64,000 nucleotides of DNA. It comes from Candidatus Thermosaccharophagus tengchongensis (GTDB lineage Bacteria; Armatimonadota; Fervidibacteria; Fervidibacterales; Thermosaccharophagaceae). The position numbers were made by a program, and so were the translations under genes. The stretch's first letter is position 1. Each line of letters starts with the position of its first letter. Shown here piece after piece: positions 40,507 through 48,762 of the stretch. The stretch is from the NCBI GenBank assembly GCA_032161105.1, contig JAVHTD010000002.1. The stretch is one strand, 5' to 3'. The notes under the pieces are model-generated. The model saw only the letters and a list, made by a program, of their open reading frames with translations, was not told where the DNA came from and made no database searches.

Positions 40507-41541
40507 TCACCTGACTTGGGTTGCCTCCCGCTCAGAGCGCATCGTTATGGCTTTAACTCTCGGCGGACAGACGACGGCGCATATGCCACAGCCCTTGCAG
40601 TAGTCGTAGTTAATGCCTGCCACTTTCCCATCCCTGATGAGGATGGCATCATCTGGGCAGTGAATGAAGCACATGTAGCAGTTTGTGCACTTCTCCGAGT
40701 CCCAGATTGGGCGTTGCTCACTCCGCCAAGTGCCAGTCTTGTAAGAGAGCGATGTGGCAGGCTGTGGTATTATTCCACCGAGGCTGAGTTCTTCCCACGA
40801 TGGCAGCTGTGCTCCCTTCGTGTGTTCCTCTATGACTTCGGGCGGGTTTATTGGCTCCTCATCAACTTGCACTTCGTTGTATCCTCTCTCAACTGCCCTC
40901 AAATTCGCTTCAAGCAGCTCGGGGCGACGCCTGACCCTCTCTGGAAGGTGCTCTGTCAGCACCGATTTTATGGTCTCAAGTTTCGCAACACCCGTGACCT
41001 TTGCAAGCGCACCAAGCATTGGCACATTTGGCATGTTGCGCTTTATCGTCTCAAGCGAAATGGCACTCGCATCAACGGAAGCAACACGGGCTAAAGCACC
41101 AAACACCGGATGAACATTGCGCAATTCCTTCGGTGGATATGGGACATTGGCGATGAGGGTTGTCTCTCTCTTCAACCCGCTTAGCACGCTTGGGTTGGTG
41201 AGGAGCGAATCATCAATGACGACAACAGCATCAGGTGACACTATCCCGCCGTGTATCGTGAGTGGGGCGTCGGCGATTCTCGTAAACCCCTCAACTGGTG
41301 CGCCGCGCCTTTCTGGTCCGAATTGTGGGAACGCCTGCGCCCACTTGCCCTCTGCCAAAGCAACATGCCCAAGAAGGAGCGCAACAGTCCTTATTCCCTG
41401 CCCAGCACGGCCATGCCAGCGCACCTCTATCGGTTTAGCTTCAACTCGCTCCCTTCGTGAGACATAAACAATGCCGTCATCGCTAAACTTAACCGACACA
41501 TTGGCGCTATCCATCTGACCCACTCCAATCAGATGTGGCAT
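40507..41541 (-). CDS. Pyruvate:ferredoxin oxidoreductase gamma-delta fusion subunit
   Basis: Gamma part: WHGRAGQG, FGPERRGAP, NVPMLGA. Delta part: KTGTWR, CTNCYMCFIHCP, CKGCGICAVVCP. Confidence 0.9.
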   Translation of the reverse strand: MPHLIGVGQMDSANVSVKFSDDGIVYVSRRERVEAKPIEVRWHGRAGQGIRTVALLLGHVALAEGKWAQAFPQFGPERRGAPVEGFTRIADAPLTIHGGIVSPDAVVVIDDSLLTNPSVLSGLKRETTLIANVPYPPKELRNVHPVFGALARVASVDASAISLETIKRNMPNVPMLGALAKVTGVAKLETIKSVLTEHLPERVRRRPELLEANLRAVERGYNEVQVDEEPINPPEVIEEHTKGAQLPSWEELSLGGIIPQPATSLSYKTGTWRSEQRPIWDSEKCTNCYMCFIHCPDDAILIRDGKVAGINYDYCKGCGICAVVCPPRVKAITMRSEREATQVR

Positions 41542-41602
41542 GGATGGCTTTCAATCATCCATCACTTCATAGGTGCAACGCAGTTGCCATTCATCTTGCA
41601 GG

Positions 41603-42862
41603 TCATTTGCTCATAGCGAGCCATGCCGAAACGAATGCGTTTTCCTTCGGCAGGAAGCGCAGCCTGACCCTCGCAACAAGTTCCGCAATGTGGTGATGCC
41701 AAAGGCGGTTGGCGTCAACATCCATCTCCTCAAATTCATGCCAATTCCCGTCACCAGCAACATCAACTTCAATCGTCACAGAGCCGCGAGAGCTGCTCCA
41801 TAGCCAGACCGTCTTTTGCGGGAACAGCGCACAGCATATCTCCGATGTGACAGCGCCATTGGGGCTTACTTGGCGTCTTTGCCAAAGAGAGTATGTGAGC
41901 GCCTCCTCACGATGTGGTTCAATCTCGGCTATGTTGAGTCTCGCTGCACAAATCCTGTGGACGGCATCTGATGATGCACCGAGCACCTCAGAGTAATAGA
42001 GCAGCCCACCGCCATGCAGCACCCACGGGTGAACGACGCTCATATCCTGCTTTGCAGTTGCATCGGTCAAACCCGTGAGCGGGTTGCGCGGTGAGCGTGC
42101 CCATGCGATCCCATCGGGTGAATACGCCACTCCAATTCCGTAGCGCCCTTGCCTGCCTATCCCCTCGTATAGCATGATGATGTGATCTCCGTGAATGAAG
42201 GCATGGTGAACTTCAATCCCGGCATCCCAAAACGGGCACTCCGGTTCTTCATGCCAGCCACGCTGCTGGAAGATCGGGTTGTCTTCAAGTTTTATCCAGC
42301 TCTTGCCGTCACTTGATATGGCTCCGCCAATCTGCATTGAGCGCGGTCCATAGCCGCCGTAAATCATTAACCACTCATGGCGCATCTTTATGACGGACGG
42401 AAATGCAACCCCATCGCTGTCCCAAGCTTCATGAGCTCCAACTTCAACGATCGGGTTGGAATCAAACTTGCGCCAGTTCACAAGGTCGCTTGAGAATGCC
42501 AACCCTATGCGCAACTTCCCATCGGCTGCGAAGCCCGAGTAGTAAAGCCAATATTCATCGCCGACCTTGACCATGCAGCCGGCTTCAAAGCCGAGCTCGT
42601 CAAAGCTGCCCTCGGTCGGCACCAAGACCGGATTGTCTTTATGCTTCTCCCAATGGATTCCGTCTTCGCTCATCGCCAAACCGAGCTTCCTCGGCGAGCC
42701 ATGCCCTCGCCAACCGCTGCCCTCTTCCCAACCCTGATAGAGCATGAAGTAGCGGTCATCCTCGCGCCACACAATTGGCGCTGCAGTCCCCTTAGCGTCC
42801 CAGCTGCCACTTGTTGGTTGCAACACAACGCCAATTCGTTCACAAAGCACCCCAGATGGCAT
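41603..42862 (-). CDS. Five-bladed beta-propeller glycosidase-like protein (GH43/32/130 clan-like) with an extra C-terminal domain
   Basis: Four repeats of GxAxSxD(G/L)xxW..NP, each preceded by a W/F-D motif. Confidence 0.75.
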   Translation of the reverse strand: MPSGVLCERIGVVLQPTSGSWDAKGTAAPIVWREDDRYFMLYQGWEEGSGWRGHGSPRKLGLAMSEDGIHWEKHKDNPVLVPTEGSFDELGFEAGCMVKVGDEYWLYYSGFAADGKLRIGLAFSSDLVNWRKFDSNPIVEVGAHEAWDSDGVAFPSVIKMRHEWLMIYGGYGPRSMQIGGAISSDGKSWIKLEDNPIFQQRGWHEEPECPFWDAGIEVHHAFIHGDHIIMLYEGIGRQGRYGIGVAYSPDGIAWARSPRNPLTGLTDATAKQDMSVVHPWVLHGGGLLYYSEVLGASSDAVHRICAARLNIAEIEPHREEALTYSLWQRRQVSPNGAVTSEICCALFPQKTVWLWSSSRGSVTIEVDVAGDGNWHEFEEMDVDANRLWHHHIAELVARVRLRFLPKENAFVSAWLAMSK

Positions 42863-43055
42863 AATCTTTCCCTCCCGTCATGTGGTTTTTCACTGCCACA
42901 GGCTTGCCCTATGGTTCAGCCCATCAATTCACCCAAACCTTTATGTTACCGTGGTGGATTACTTGCCGTTACATCATGCTACACTTCTTAATTGGAATGC
43001 CTGACGAGGATGGCAATTGGCATCAAAGATTGATGCCTGCCGAGGTGTGAATGTC

Positions 43056-43694
43056 ATGGCAGATGCCCGGTCGCAAGTTCAGCAGTTCGTTTCGCAAGCC
43101 ACACAGTTGCTCAGGGCTGGCAGGGCAAATGAAGCTGCCGAGTTGCTGCAAAGGGCGCTTCACATCAATCCGAATAGCTTTGTCGTGCACCACGCGCTTG
43201 GAGTGGCATTGGCGCAGTGTGGCAAGTTTGAGGAGGCTCTTTTGCATCTTCGTCAAGCCGTCTCCATGAACCCGATGTCTCCGCAGGTTCACTTCAACCT
43301 GGGCAGGGTCTATCAAGAGCAGGGGAAGCTGAAGGAAGCTCTGGATGAATTCAGCGAAGCTGTGCGCCTCAATCCGCAATACGAAGCCGCTCTGAAAGCC
43401 ATCGAGGATGTTCAGCAGGAGATGAGTATGAAAGCTACCGAGGAAGCCCCGCTCATTGAAATGGAGCCGCTGGAGTTGATGGAGGAAACATTTGAGCAAG
43501 TCAGGTGCTATTGGCATCCGGATAGAACTCCCACATCAAAGTGCTCATCATGCAACCGTTGGGTATGCTCAGAGTGTGAGAGGTTCGTCTATGGCAGCCT
43601 GATGTGCTTTGAATGCGCCGAGAAGGAATGGTCAAAGACAGCCCCAAAGGAGGAGAAGAAGGGAGAGGGCTCGGTTGAGTTTGAGCTGTATTGA
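43056..43694 (+). CDS. TPR protein with a C-terminal B-box-type zinc finger
   Basis: Three TPRs followed by CYWH...CSSC...CSEC...CFEC. Confidence 0.8.
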   Translation: MADARSQVQQFVSQATQLLRAGRANEAAELLQRALHINPNSFVVHHALGVALAQCGKFEEALLHLRQAVSMNPMSPQVHFNLGRVYQEQGKLKEALDEFSEAVRLNPQYEAALKAIEDVQQEMSMKATEEAPLIEMEPLELMEETFEQVRCYWHPDRTPTSKCSSCNRWVCSECERFVYGSLMCFECAEKEWSKTAPKEEKKGEGSVEFELY

Positions 43695-43719
43695 CAGCCC
43701 GATGGCTGCCGTGACGAGC

Positions 43720-45627
43720 TCACTCAACCTTTGCTGCGACTTCAACTTGTCCGTGTATGACAAAATCAGTCCGAACTCTCGCAGTCGCTATTGGGCGTAT
43801 GAGACCGCTGGCGATAACGGAGGTAGCTCCGGTTGGCTGTTGGAGCAATTCCTCTGGTTCAATCTCCTCCGGCTTAATGAAGCGCCCGATCATCTCTTGT
43901 CTCTCAAGCAGCTTAAGCGCTCGCCAACTCTCAGCATCCCAGATTTCAATTAACACCTCTGTGCCACATGGCTCTTCATTCATCACCCTGACAAGCTCGT
44001 CAAAGGAGCTTGGGAAGTCAGCCGCTGTGAGGTGCCTGTTTAACAGGCGCAGTGGAGCCTCATCAATTGGGCGCTTTCCGCGAGCCACAAGCACAATCTC
44101 ACCCGGGGCATCTTTTGGGATTGCCACCTTTAACCGCTCAACTATAGCGCTGTCATGGAATGGCTGTAGATGCACTGCCAGCTCAACTTCGCTGCCCCTG
44201 CGCAGCTTGCCATTCGGTATGCTGAGCTTGCAGATGCGCGCCGTCATGCGCCTCTGAGTCACGCTAATGTTCACATCAATTCGTTCAATCCGTGCCCCCT
44301 CAAATTCATTCCTCAGCAAAGCCATAAGCCATCTTGTGAATTTCAGGGCGCACTCAGACGCCACATCGGTTTCGCTGTAGATTTTCTCGGAGCGCACCAA
44401 AGGTGATCTGTTGTTGCAGCTCACCTCCCACTTCAGTTCAGCAGTCCCGCTGCCAACCCTGTCAAATGCCTTATCAACGGCGTCCAACATAACAACACCG
44501 CATATTATCGGAAGCAACTCCTCATCCGGCGTTACCGATACTATGACCTGCCTCTTCGTGTTACCCTCAACGGTGATGTGCAGTTGCACCCAATTGGGCG
44601 AACGCTCAAGGTAGCCAGCAACGCCTCGTTCTCTGTCCTGTGTCACCACTCCGATGGTTTTCCCAAGTGGTGAGCCAACCTTGAACGGCATGAGCAAGCT
44701 GCGGACAACGCTGTGTATGTATGCACAGGCTAAGCCGAACTGCGCATAGCCGCGCTGCAGCAGTGGGTGACCGAGGGCGACGAATTTCCCGCCGGCAGCG
44801 TAAGTCAATGTGCCGAGAGCCGAAAGCGAAATATCGCCATGCGCGAACTGAATCGCAATCGCAGAACCCATCTCAAGCTTTACATTGCTCACGGCATTGG
44901 CAGATGATGGTGATGCCGTAAGGAACATGCCACGATGCCCCATGAAACTCTTAAAGCGCTCAATCGCCCTCGCGGAGAGACCTTGCACCATGAGCGGCGT
45001 TATAAGCCTTGCCTTTGTGGTCACTCCATGCGGCGGGTATATGTTGCGGAGATGCCGGATGAGCATCGGCATGCGCATTTTGAGCATTACAAAATCCCAA
45101 TTGAGTGGTGATGCGGGCAAGACGCCGCACGCTTGATGGAGTAGCGTGAAGCCGTTACGGTGATTGCTTGGCTCAGGCATTATGCTTGCCTTGTGCTCCT
45201 CAACCTTGGGTTCGTCGTATTTTAGCAGGGAGAGCATGTCATGGGATGGTGTCATATACGCGAATGTCGTATCCGAGAGTGGTTCTGCATGTGCGATTGC
45301 CCCGGCGAGTTCGCCATTGATGAGCACCGGGCTGCCACTCATCCCGGCACATACCCCGCCAACACGCTCAATGTTTTTTCCACCAACTCGCACCAAGACA
45401 ACATCGGTGTTCGGCATTGAGCCCTTCAGAACATCAATTACCTCAACCGAGAACGATTCCACCTTAACACCCTCAAACACCGTTTTGCCGATGCCCTTCA
45501 TTCCCGGCTTTAAATCGTTGATGCTAATGATGGCATACGATGGGCTAAGGCATAAAGAGAGGGCGCACAAGAGCTTGCAGACGAGGTTAATGAGAATGGA
45601 TGGCGCTCTCGTTCGCATTGACAGCAT
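43720..45627 (-). CDS. SpoIVB peptidase S55 family protein (probably exported); start uncertain
   Basis: KPGMKGIGKTVFEG, GGVCAGMSGSPV (catalytic Ser) and ALGHPL. Signal-like N-terminus. Confidence 0.85.
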   Translation of the reverse strand: MLSMRTRAPSILINLVCKLLCALSLCLSPSYAIISINDLKPGMKGIGKTVFEGVKVESFSVEVIDVLKGSMPNTDVVLVRVGGKNIERVGGVCAGMSGSPVLINGELAGAIAHAEPLSDTTFAYMTPSHDMLSLLKYDEPKVEEHKASIMPEPSNHRNGFTLLHQACGVLPASPLNWDFVMLKMRMPMLIRHLRNIYPPHGVTTKARLITPLMVQGLSARAIERFKSFMGHRGMFLTASPSSANAVSNVKLEMGSAIAIQFAHGDISLSALGTLTYAAGGKFVALGHPLLQRGYAQFGLACAYIHSVVRSLLMPFKVGSPLGKTIGVVTQDRERGVAGYLERSPNWVQLHITVEGNTKRQVIVSVTPDEELLPIICGVVMLDAVDKAFDRVGSGTAELKWEVSCNNRSPLVRSEKIYSETDVASECALKFTRWLMALLRNEFEGARIERIDVNISVTQRRMTARICKLSIPNGKLRRGSEVELAVHLQPFHDSAIVERLKVAIPKDAPGEIVLVARGKRPIDEAPLRLLNRHLTAADFPSSFDELVRVMNEEPCGTEVLIEIWDAESWRALKLLERQEMIGRFIKPEEIEPEELLQQPTGATSVIASGLIRPIATARVRTDFVIHGQVEVAAKVE

Positions 45628-45649
45628 CGTTGCCGTCCTCCCGAAAGCC

Positions 45650-46927
45650 TCACAGCCTGAAGACCTTCTGCTTGAAGGCTTCATCTCGTGGGATGGCATT
45701 GCGCATGTCAACGATCAAGTTTGCCCTCTCGGCAATTGCACGCCAATCATACGAATCGTGAGCTGTCAGCACGACGACACAGTCGACCGACGAGAGTAGC
45801 TCTTCCGTCAACTCCTGTGACTTGAGCGTTTGCCCATCAACTTCAATCTCGTGAACATGCGGGTCGTTGTAGATAACCCTTGCACCCATCCGCATAAGGA
45901 GCTTGATGACCTCAAGCGATGGCGATTCTCGGTAGTCTCTTACATTCGGCTTGTATGCGACACCGAGTATGAGCACCTTGCTGTCAATTAGTGGCTTATG
46001 CCTTGAGTTGAGCGCTTCCATTACGATGCTGACCGTCTCCTCCGGCATGCGCTTGTTTATTTCGTCAGCGAGCTCAATGAATCTGGAGCGGAAGTTGTGA
46101 AGCCTGACACGCCACGCAAGATACATCGGGTCAACTGGGATGCAGTGTCCCCCGACACCGGGACCGGGGTAGAATGGCATGAACCCAAATGGCTTTGTGG
46201 AGGCAGCCTCAATTACCTCCCAAACATCAATTCCGATGCGCCTGCACATTAACGCAAACTCGTTGACGAGTGCTATGTTGACCGAGCGGAAGGTGTTTTC
46301 AAGCAACTTTGCAGCCTCTGCGACGGCTGGTGATGAAACCTTGACCACTCTGTCCTCGCCAACCACGAGCGAAAAGAGAGCTGCTGCCCTCTTTGTGCAC
46401 TCATGCGTGACGCCGCCGACAATCCTTGGCGTGTTCCTCAGGGTCCATTTCCTGTTTCCGGGGTCAACACGCTCGGGCGAATATGCGAGGAAGATGTCCT
46501 TACCTATGGTGAAGCCTCGCTTCTCAAGTTCCGGTTTGAGCACCTCTTCAGTCGTGCCCGGGTATGTTGTGCTCTCAAGGACAACGAGCGTTCCTGAGGA
46601 AACATGTTCGGCTACCTTTTGTGAGGCATCAAACACATGCGATATGTCTGGCTCGCCAGTTTTGCGAAGCGGTGTCGGGACGCATATTACGACGGCATCG
46701 CATGTTGAGATTGGGCTATAGTCATCTGTTGGGCGGAATCTGCCGAGCGCAGCTTTGACTTCCTCGTCCGAGACATCGTCAATGTAGGAACTCCCATTGA
46801 GGAGCATTTGCACCCTGCTTCGGTTGACATCAATCCCATAGACGCGGTTCAGCTTTTCAGCAAAGGCAAGGGCAAGCGGCAACCCAGCATATCCGAGCCC
46901 GACTACCGCCACAGATTCAAACCTCAT
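45650..46927 (-). CDS. Nucleotide-sugar 6-dehydrogenase (WbpA/WecC/TviB type)
   Basis: GLGYAGLPLA, ICVPTP, ESTTYPGTT, SPERVDPG, PGPGVGGHCIP and AYKPNVRDYRESP. Confidence 0.93.
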   Translation of the reverse strand: MRFESVAVVGLGYAGLPLALAFAEKLNRVYGIDVNRSRVQMLLNGSSYIDDVSDEEVKAALGRFRPTDDYSPISTCDAVVICVPTPLRKTGEPDISHVFDASQKVAEHVSSGTLVVLESTTYPGTTEEVLKPELEKRGFTIGKDIFLAYSPERVDPGNRKWTLRNTPRIVGGVTHECTKRAAALFSLVVGEDRVVKVSSPAVAEAAKLLENTFRSVNIALVNEFALMCRRIGIDVWEVIEAASTKPFGFMPFYPGPGVGGHCIPVDPMYLAWRVRLHNFRSRFIELADEINKRMPEETVSIVMEALNSRHKPLIDSKVLILGVAYKPNVRDYRESPSLEVIKLLMRMGARVIYNDPHVHEIEVDGQTLKSQELTEELLSSVDCVVVLTAHDSYDWRAIAERANLIVDMRNAIPRDEAFKQKVFRL

Positions 46928-47131
46928 TTCTAACCCCCTCCATTGCATGGGTGCAGCGCTGCCATCCGTTTCGCTACCGTTGGCGTTCTTTCATCTATCG
47001 CCGTCGGGTTTGCGATGAGTGTGTTGGGTAAGCTGCATTTTGGGATCTCACCTTAGCGCGATAAGAGGCACACCATAACGCGCCTGAACCCGTTCCACCC
47101 GGTTACTGCGATTCTCTTTCTCCCTCTGCAA

Positions 47132-48010
47132 TTAGTTGCGTTTTGACTCGGCAGCCTGCAACCACCTCTTAACCCAATTGAGCATGCGTTCACCAAGTTC
47201 TGGGTCTGTGAGGGCGAGCAAGAAGAAGGCTTCAAAGTATGTATCAAAGCCGCCGATGTCAAGCCTTCTCTCATTCTCGCGCAGTGTCACCCCAAGCACA
47301 GTTAACCCTTCCCTCACCAAGAGGCGTATAGCATCGGTCAACTGATACTCGCCGCCATAACCTTTTGTGATGCGCGAGAGCGCATCGTAAATGCACGGTG
47401 AAAAGATATATCTTGCAGCTACAGCGCAGTTTGATGGTGCCTCCCCAACTTGTGGCTTTTCAATGATGTCGGTTATTCGGCTGACTTCGGCTGACTCATC
47501 TTCAAGAGCGGCTATGCCATACTTGCTCACTTCGTCAGGGGCAACCCTCTCAAGCGCAATCGTCGCTGCTGCATTGGTGCTCAAGTGGCATTCCATCATC
47601 CTGGTGAGCAAGTCATGAGGCTTTGGTGCATATATGATTGAATCACCGAGTGCGACGATGAAGTCATCGCTGCCTGTGAAATCCCTGGCTAAGCTGACCG
47701 CGTGTCCGAGACCAAGCGGCGTGCTCTGTCGGGCGTAAAATAACTGCACATGCATGCTGCTCGCAGTTGGGTAAAGTTTTGGCGAGGCATTTTGCAAAGT
47801 TGGGTCTTCATCAAAGTGGTCTTCAATGCTGCGCTTCTTGTAGCCGGTGATTATGAGTATGTCCTTGATCCCAGCAGCCGCGAGCTCCTCAACAACATAC
47901 TGAATGACTGGCTTCCTGCCGACCGGCAGCATCTCCTTCGGTTGCGACTTCGTCGCCGGTAGAAGCCTTGTCCCCAAGCCGGCTGCTGGTATGACCGCCT
48001 TCCGTATCAT
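47132..48010 (-). CDS. galU: UTP--glucose-1-phosphate uridylyltransferase
   Basis: IRKAVIPAAGLGTRLLPATKSQPKEMLP, GLGHAV, IEKP and GEYQLTDA. Confidence 0.92.
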   Translation of the reverse strand: MIRKAVIPAAGLGTRLLPATKSQPKEMLPVGRKPVIQYVVEELAAAGIKDILIITGYKKRSIEDHFDEDPTLQNASPKLYPTASSMHVQLFYARQSTPLGLGHAVSLARDFTGSDDFIVALGDSIIYAPKPHDLLTRMMECHLSTNAAATIALERVAPDEVSKYGIAALEDESAEVSRITDIIEKPQVGEAPSNCAVAARYIFSPCIYDALSRITKGYGGEYQLTDAIRLLVREGLTVLGVTLRENERRLDIGGFDTYFEAFFLLALTDPELGERMLNWVKRWLQAAESKRN

Positions 48011-48135
48011 TCCGACTCAGCTCCCAAGGATACATATGCAACACGCGGCAGCGGAGCAAAGAGCCACCACCCTACTTGGTGTGGGGCAAAGGGTCATCTT
48101 CAGATTTTGAGAGGACACATCATAAAGTGCTCAAG

Positions 48136-48208
48136 TGGCCGGACCCAGAGTCGAACTGGGGACACCCGGATTTTCAGTCCGGTGCTCTACCACCTGAGCT
48201 ATCCGGCC
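48136..48208 (-). tRNA. tRNA-Phe(GAA)
   Basis: GGCCGGATAGCTCAG...CCGGA-CTGAAAA-TCCGG...GTTCGACTC...TCCGGCCA. CCA not encoded. Confidence 0.97.
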
Positions 48209-48233
48209 ACGCATTTCAGCGCTCTGTAGTGAG

Positions 48234-48311
48234 TGGCGGGGCCGACGGGATTTGAACCCGCGACCTCCGGCTTGACAGGCCGACGTGCTAACCAGGCTGC
48301 ACCACGGCCCC
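48234..48311 (-). tRNA. tRNA-Asp(GTC)
   Basis: GGGGCCGTGGTGCAG...TCGGC-CTGTCAA-GCCGG...GTTCAAATCC...GGCCCCGCCA. CCA encoded. Confidence 0.97.
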
Positions 48312-48352
48312 TGCCATCGCATCACTCATCATTATAGCGCGTTTGCCATTAG

Positions 48353-48424
48353 TGGGCGGTAGAGGATTTGAACCTCTGTCCTCCTGCTTGTAAGGCAGGC
48401 GCTCTCCCACTGAGCTAACCGCCC
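48353..48424 (-). tRNA. tRNA-Val(TAC)
   Basis: GGGCGGTTAGCTCAG...CCTGC-CTTACAA-GCAGG...GTTCAAATCC...ACCGCCCA. Confidence 0.97.
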
Positions 48425-48461
48425 ACTCGCATAAGCGAATGTAACCACAGGAATGACTTTG

Positions 48462-48536
48462 TGGCCCCGACGGGATTTGAACCCGTGTTCCCGGCTTGAA
48501 AGACCGGTGTCCTCGACCAGCCTAGACGACGGGGCC
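48462..48536 (-). tRNA. tRNA-Glu(TTC)
   Basis: GGCCCCGTCGTCTAG...CCGGT-CTTTCAA-GCCGG...GTTCAAATCC...GGGGCCA. Confidence 0.97.
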
Positions 48537-48560
48537 ACCATTAAACTGCACAACCAAAAG

Positions 48561-48637
48561 TGGTGCGCCGTGCAGGATTCGAACCTGCGACCCCCGGATT
48601 AAAAGTCCGGTGCTCTACCAGGCTGAGCTAACGGCGC
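48561..48637 (-). tRNA. tRNA-Lys(TTT)
   Basis: GCGCCGTTAGCTCAG...CCGGA-CTTTTAA-TCCGG...GTTCGAATCC...CGGCGCACCA. CCA encoded. Confidence 0.97.
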
Positions 48638-48662
48638 TGCTTGAGCTATCCGCATTTCAAAA

Positions 48663-48690
48663 ATTGTAGCGCCATTAAATCATGAGTAAA
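48663..48690 (-). promoter_or_regulatory. Candidate sigma-70 promoter of the tRNA operon
   Basis: TTTACT-16 nt-TACAAT on the minus strand, about 25 nt upstream of tRNA-Lys. Confidence 0.5.
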
Positions 48691-48762
48691 GTTGGGAGCG
48701 TCTGCTTTGAAGGTCCCGCACTAAAGCATCGTCATGCAAAACTTCGCTTCTCGCTCTGCCTC

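Noticed and set aside
48131..48553. Short ORFs across the tRNA cluster (also 51449-51646 and 55004-55393)
   Set aside because: They overlap well-formed tRNA genes.
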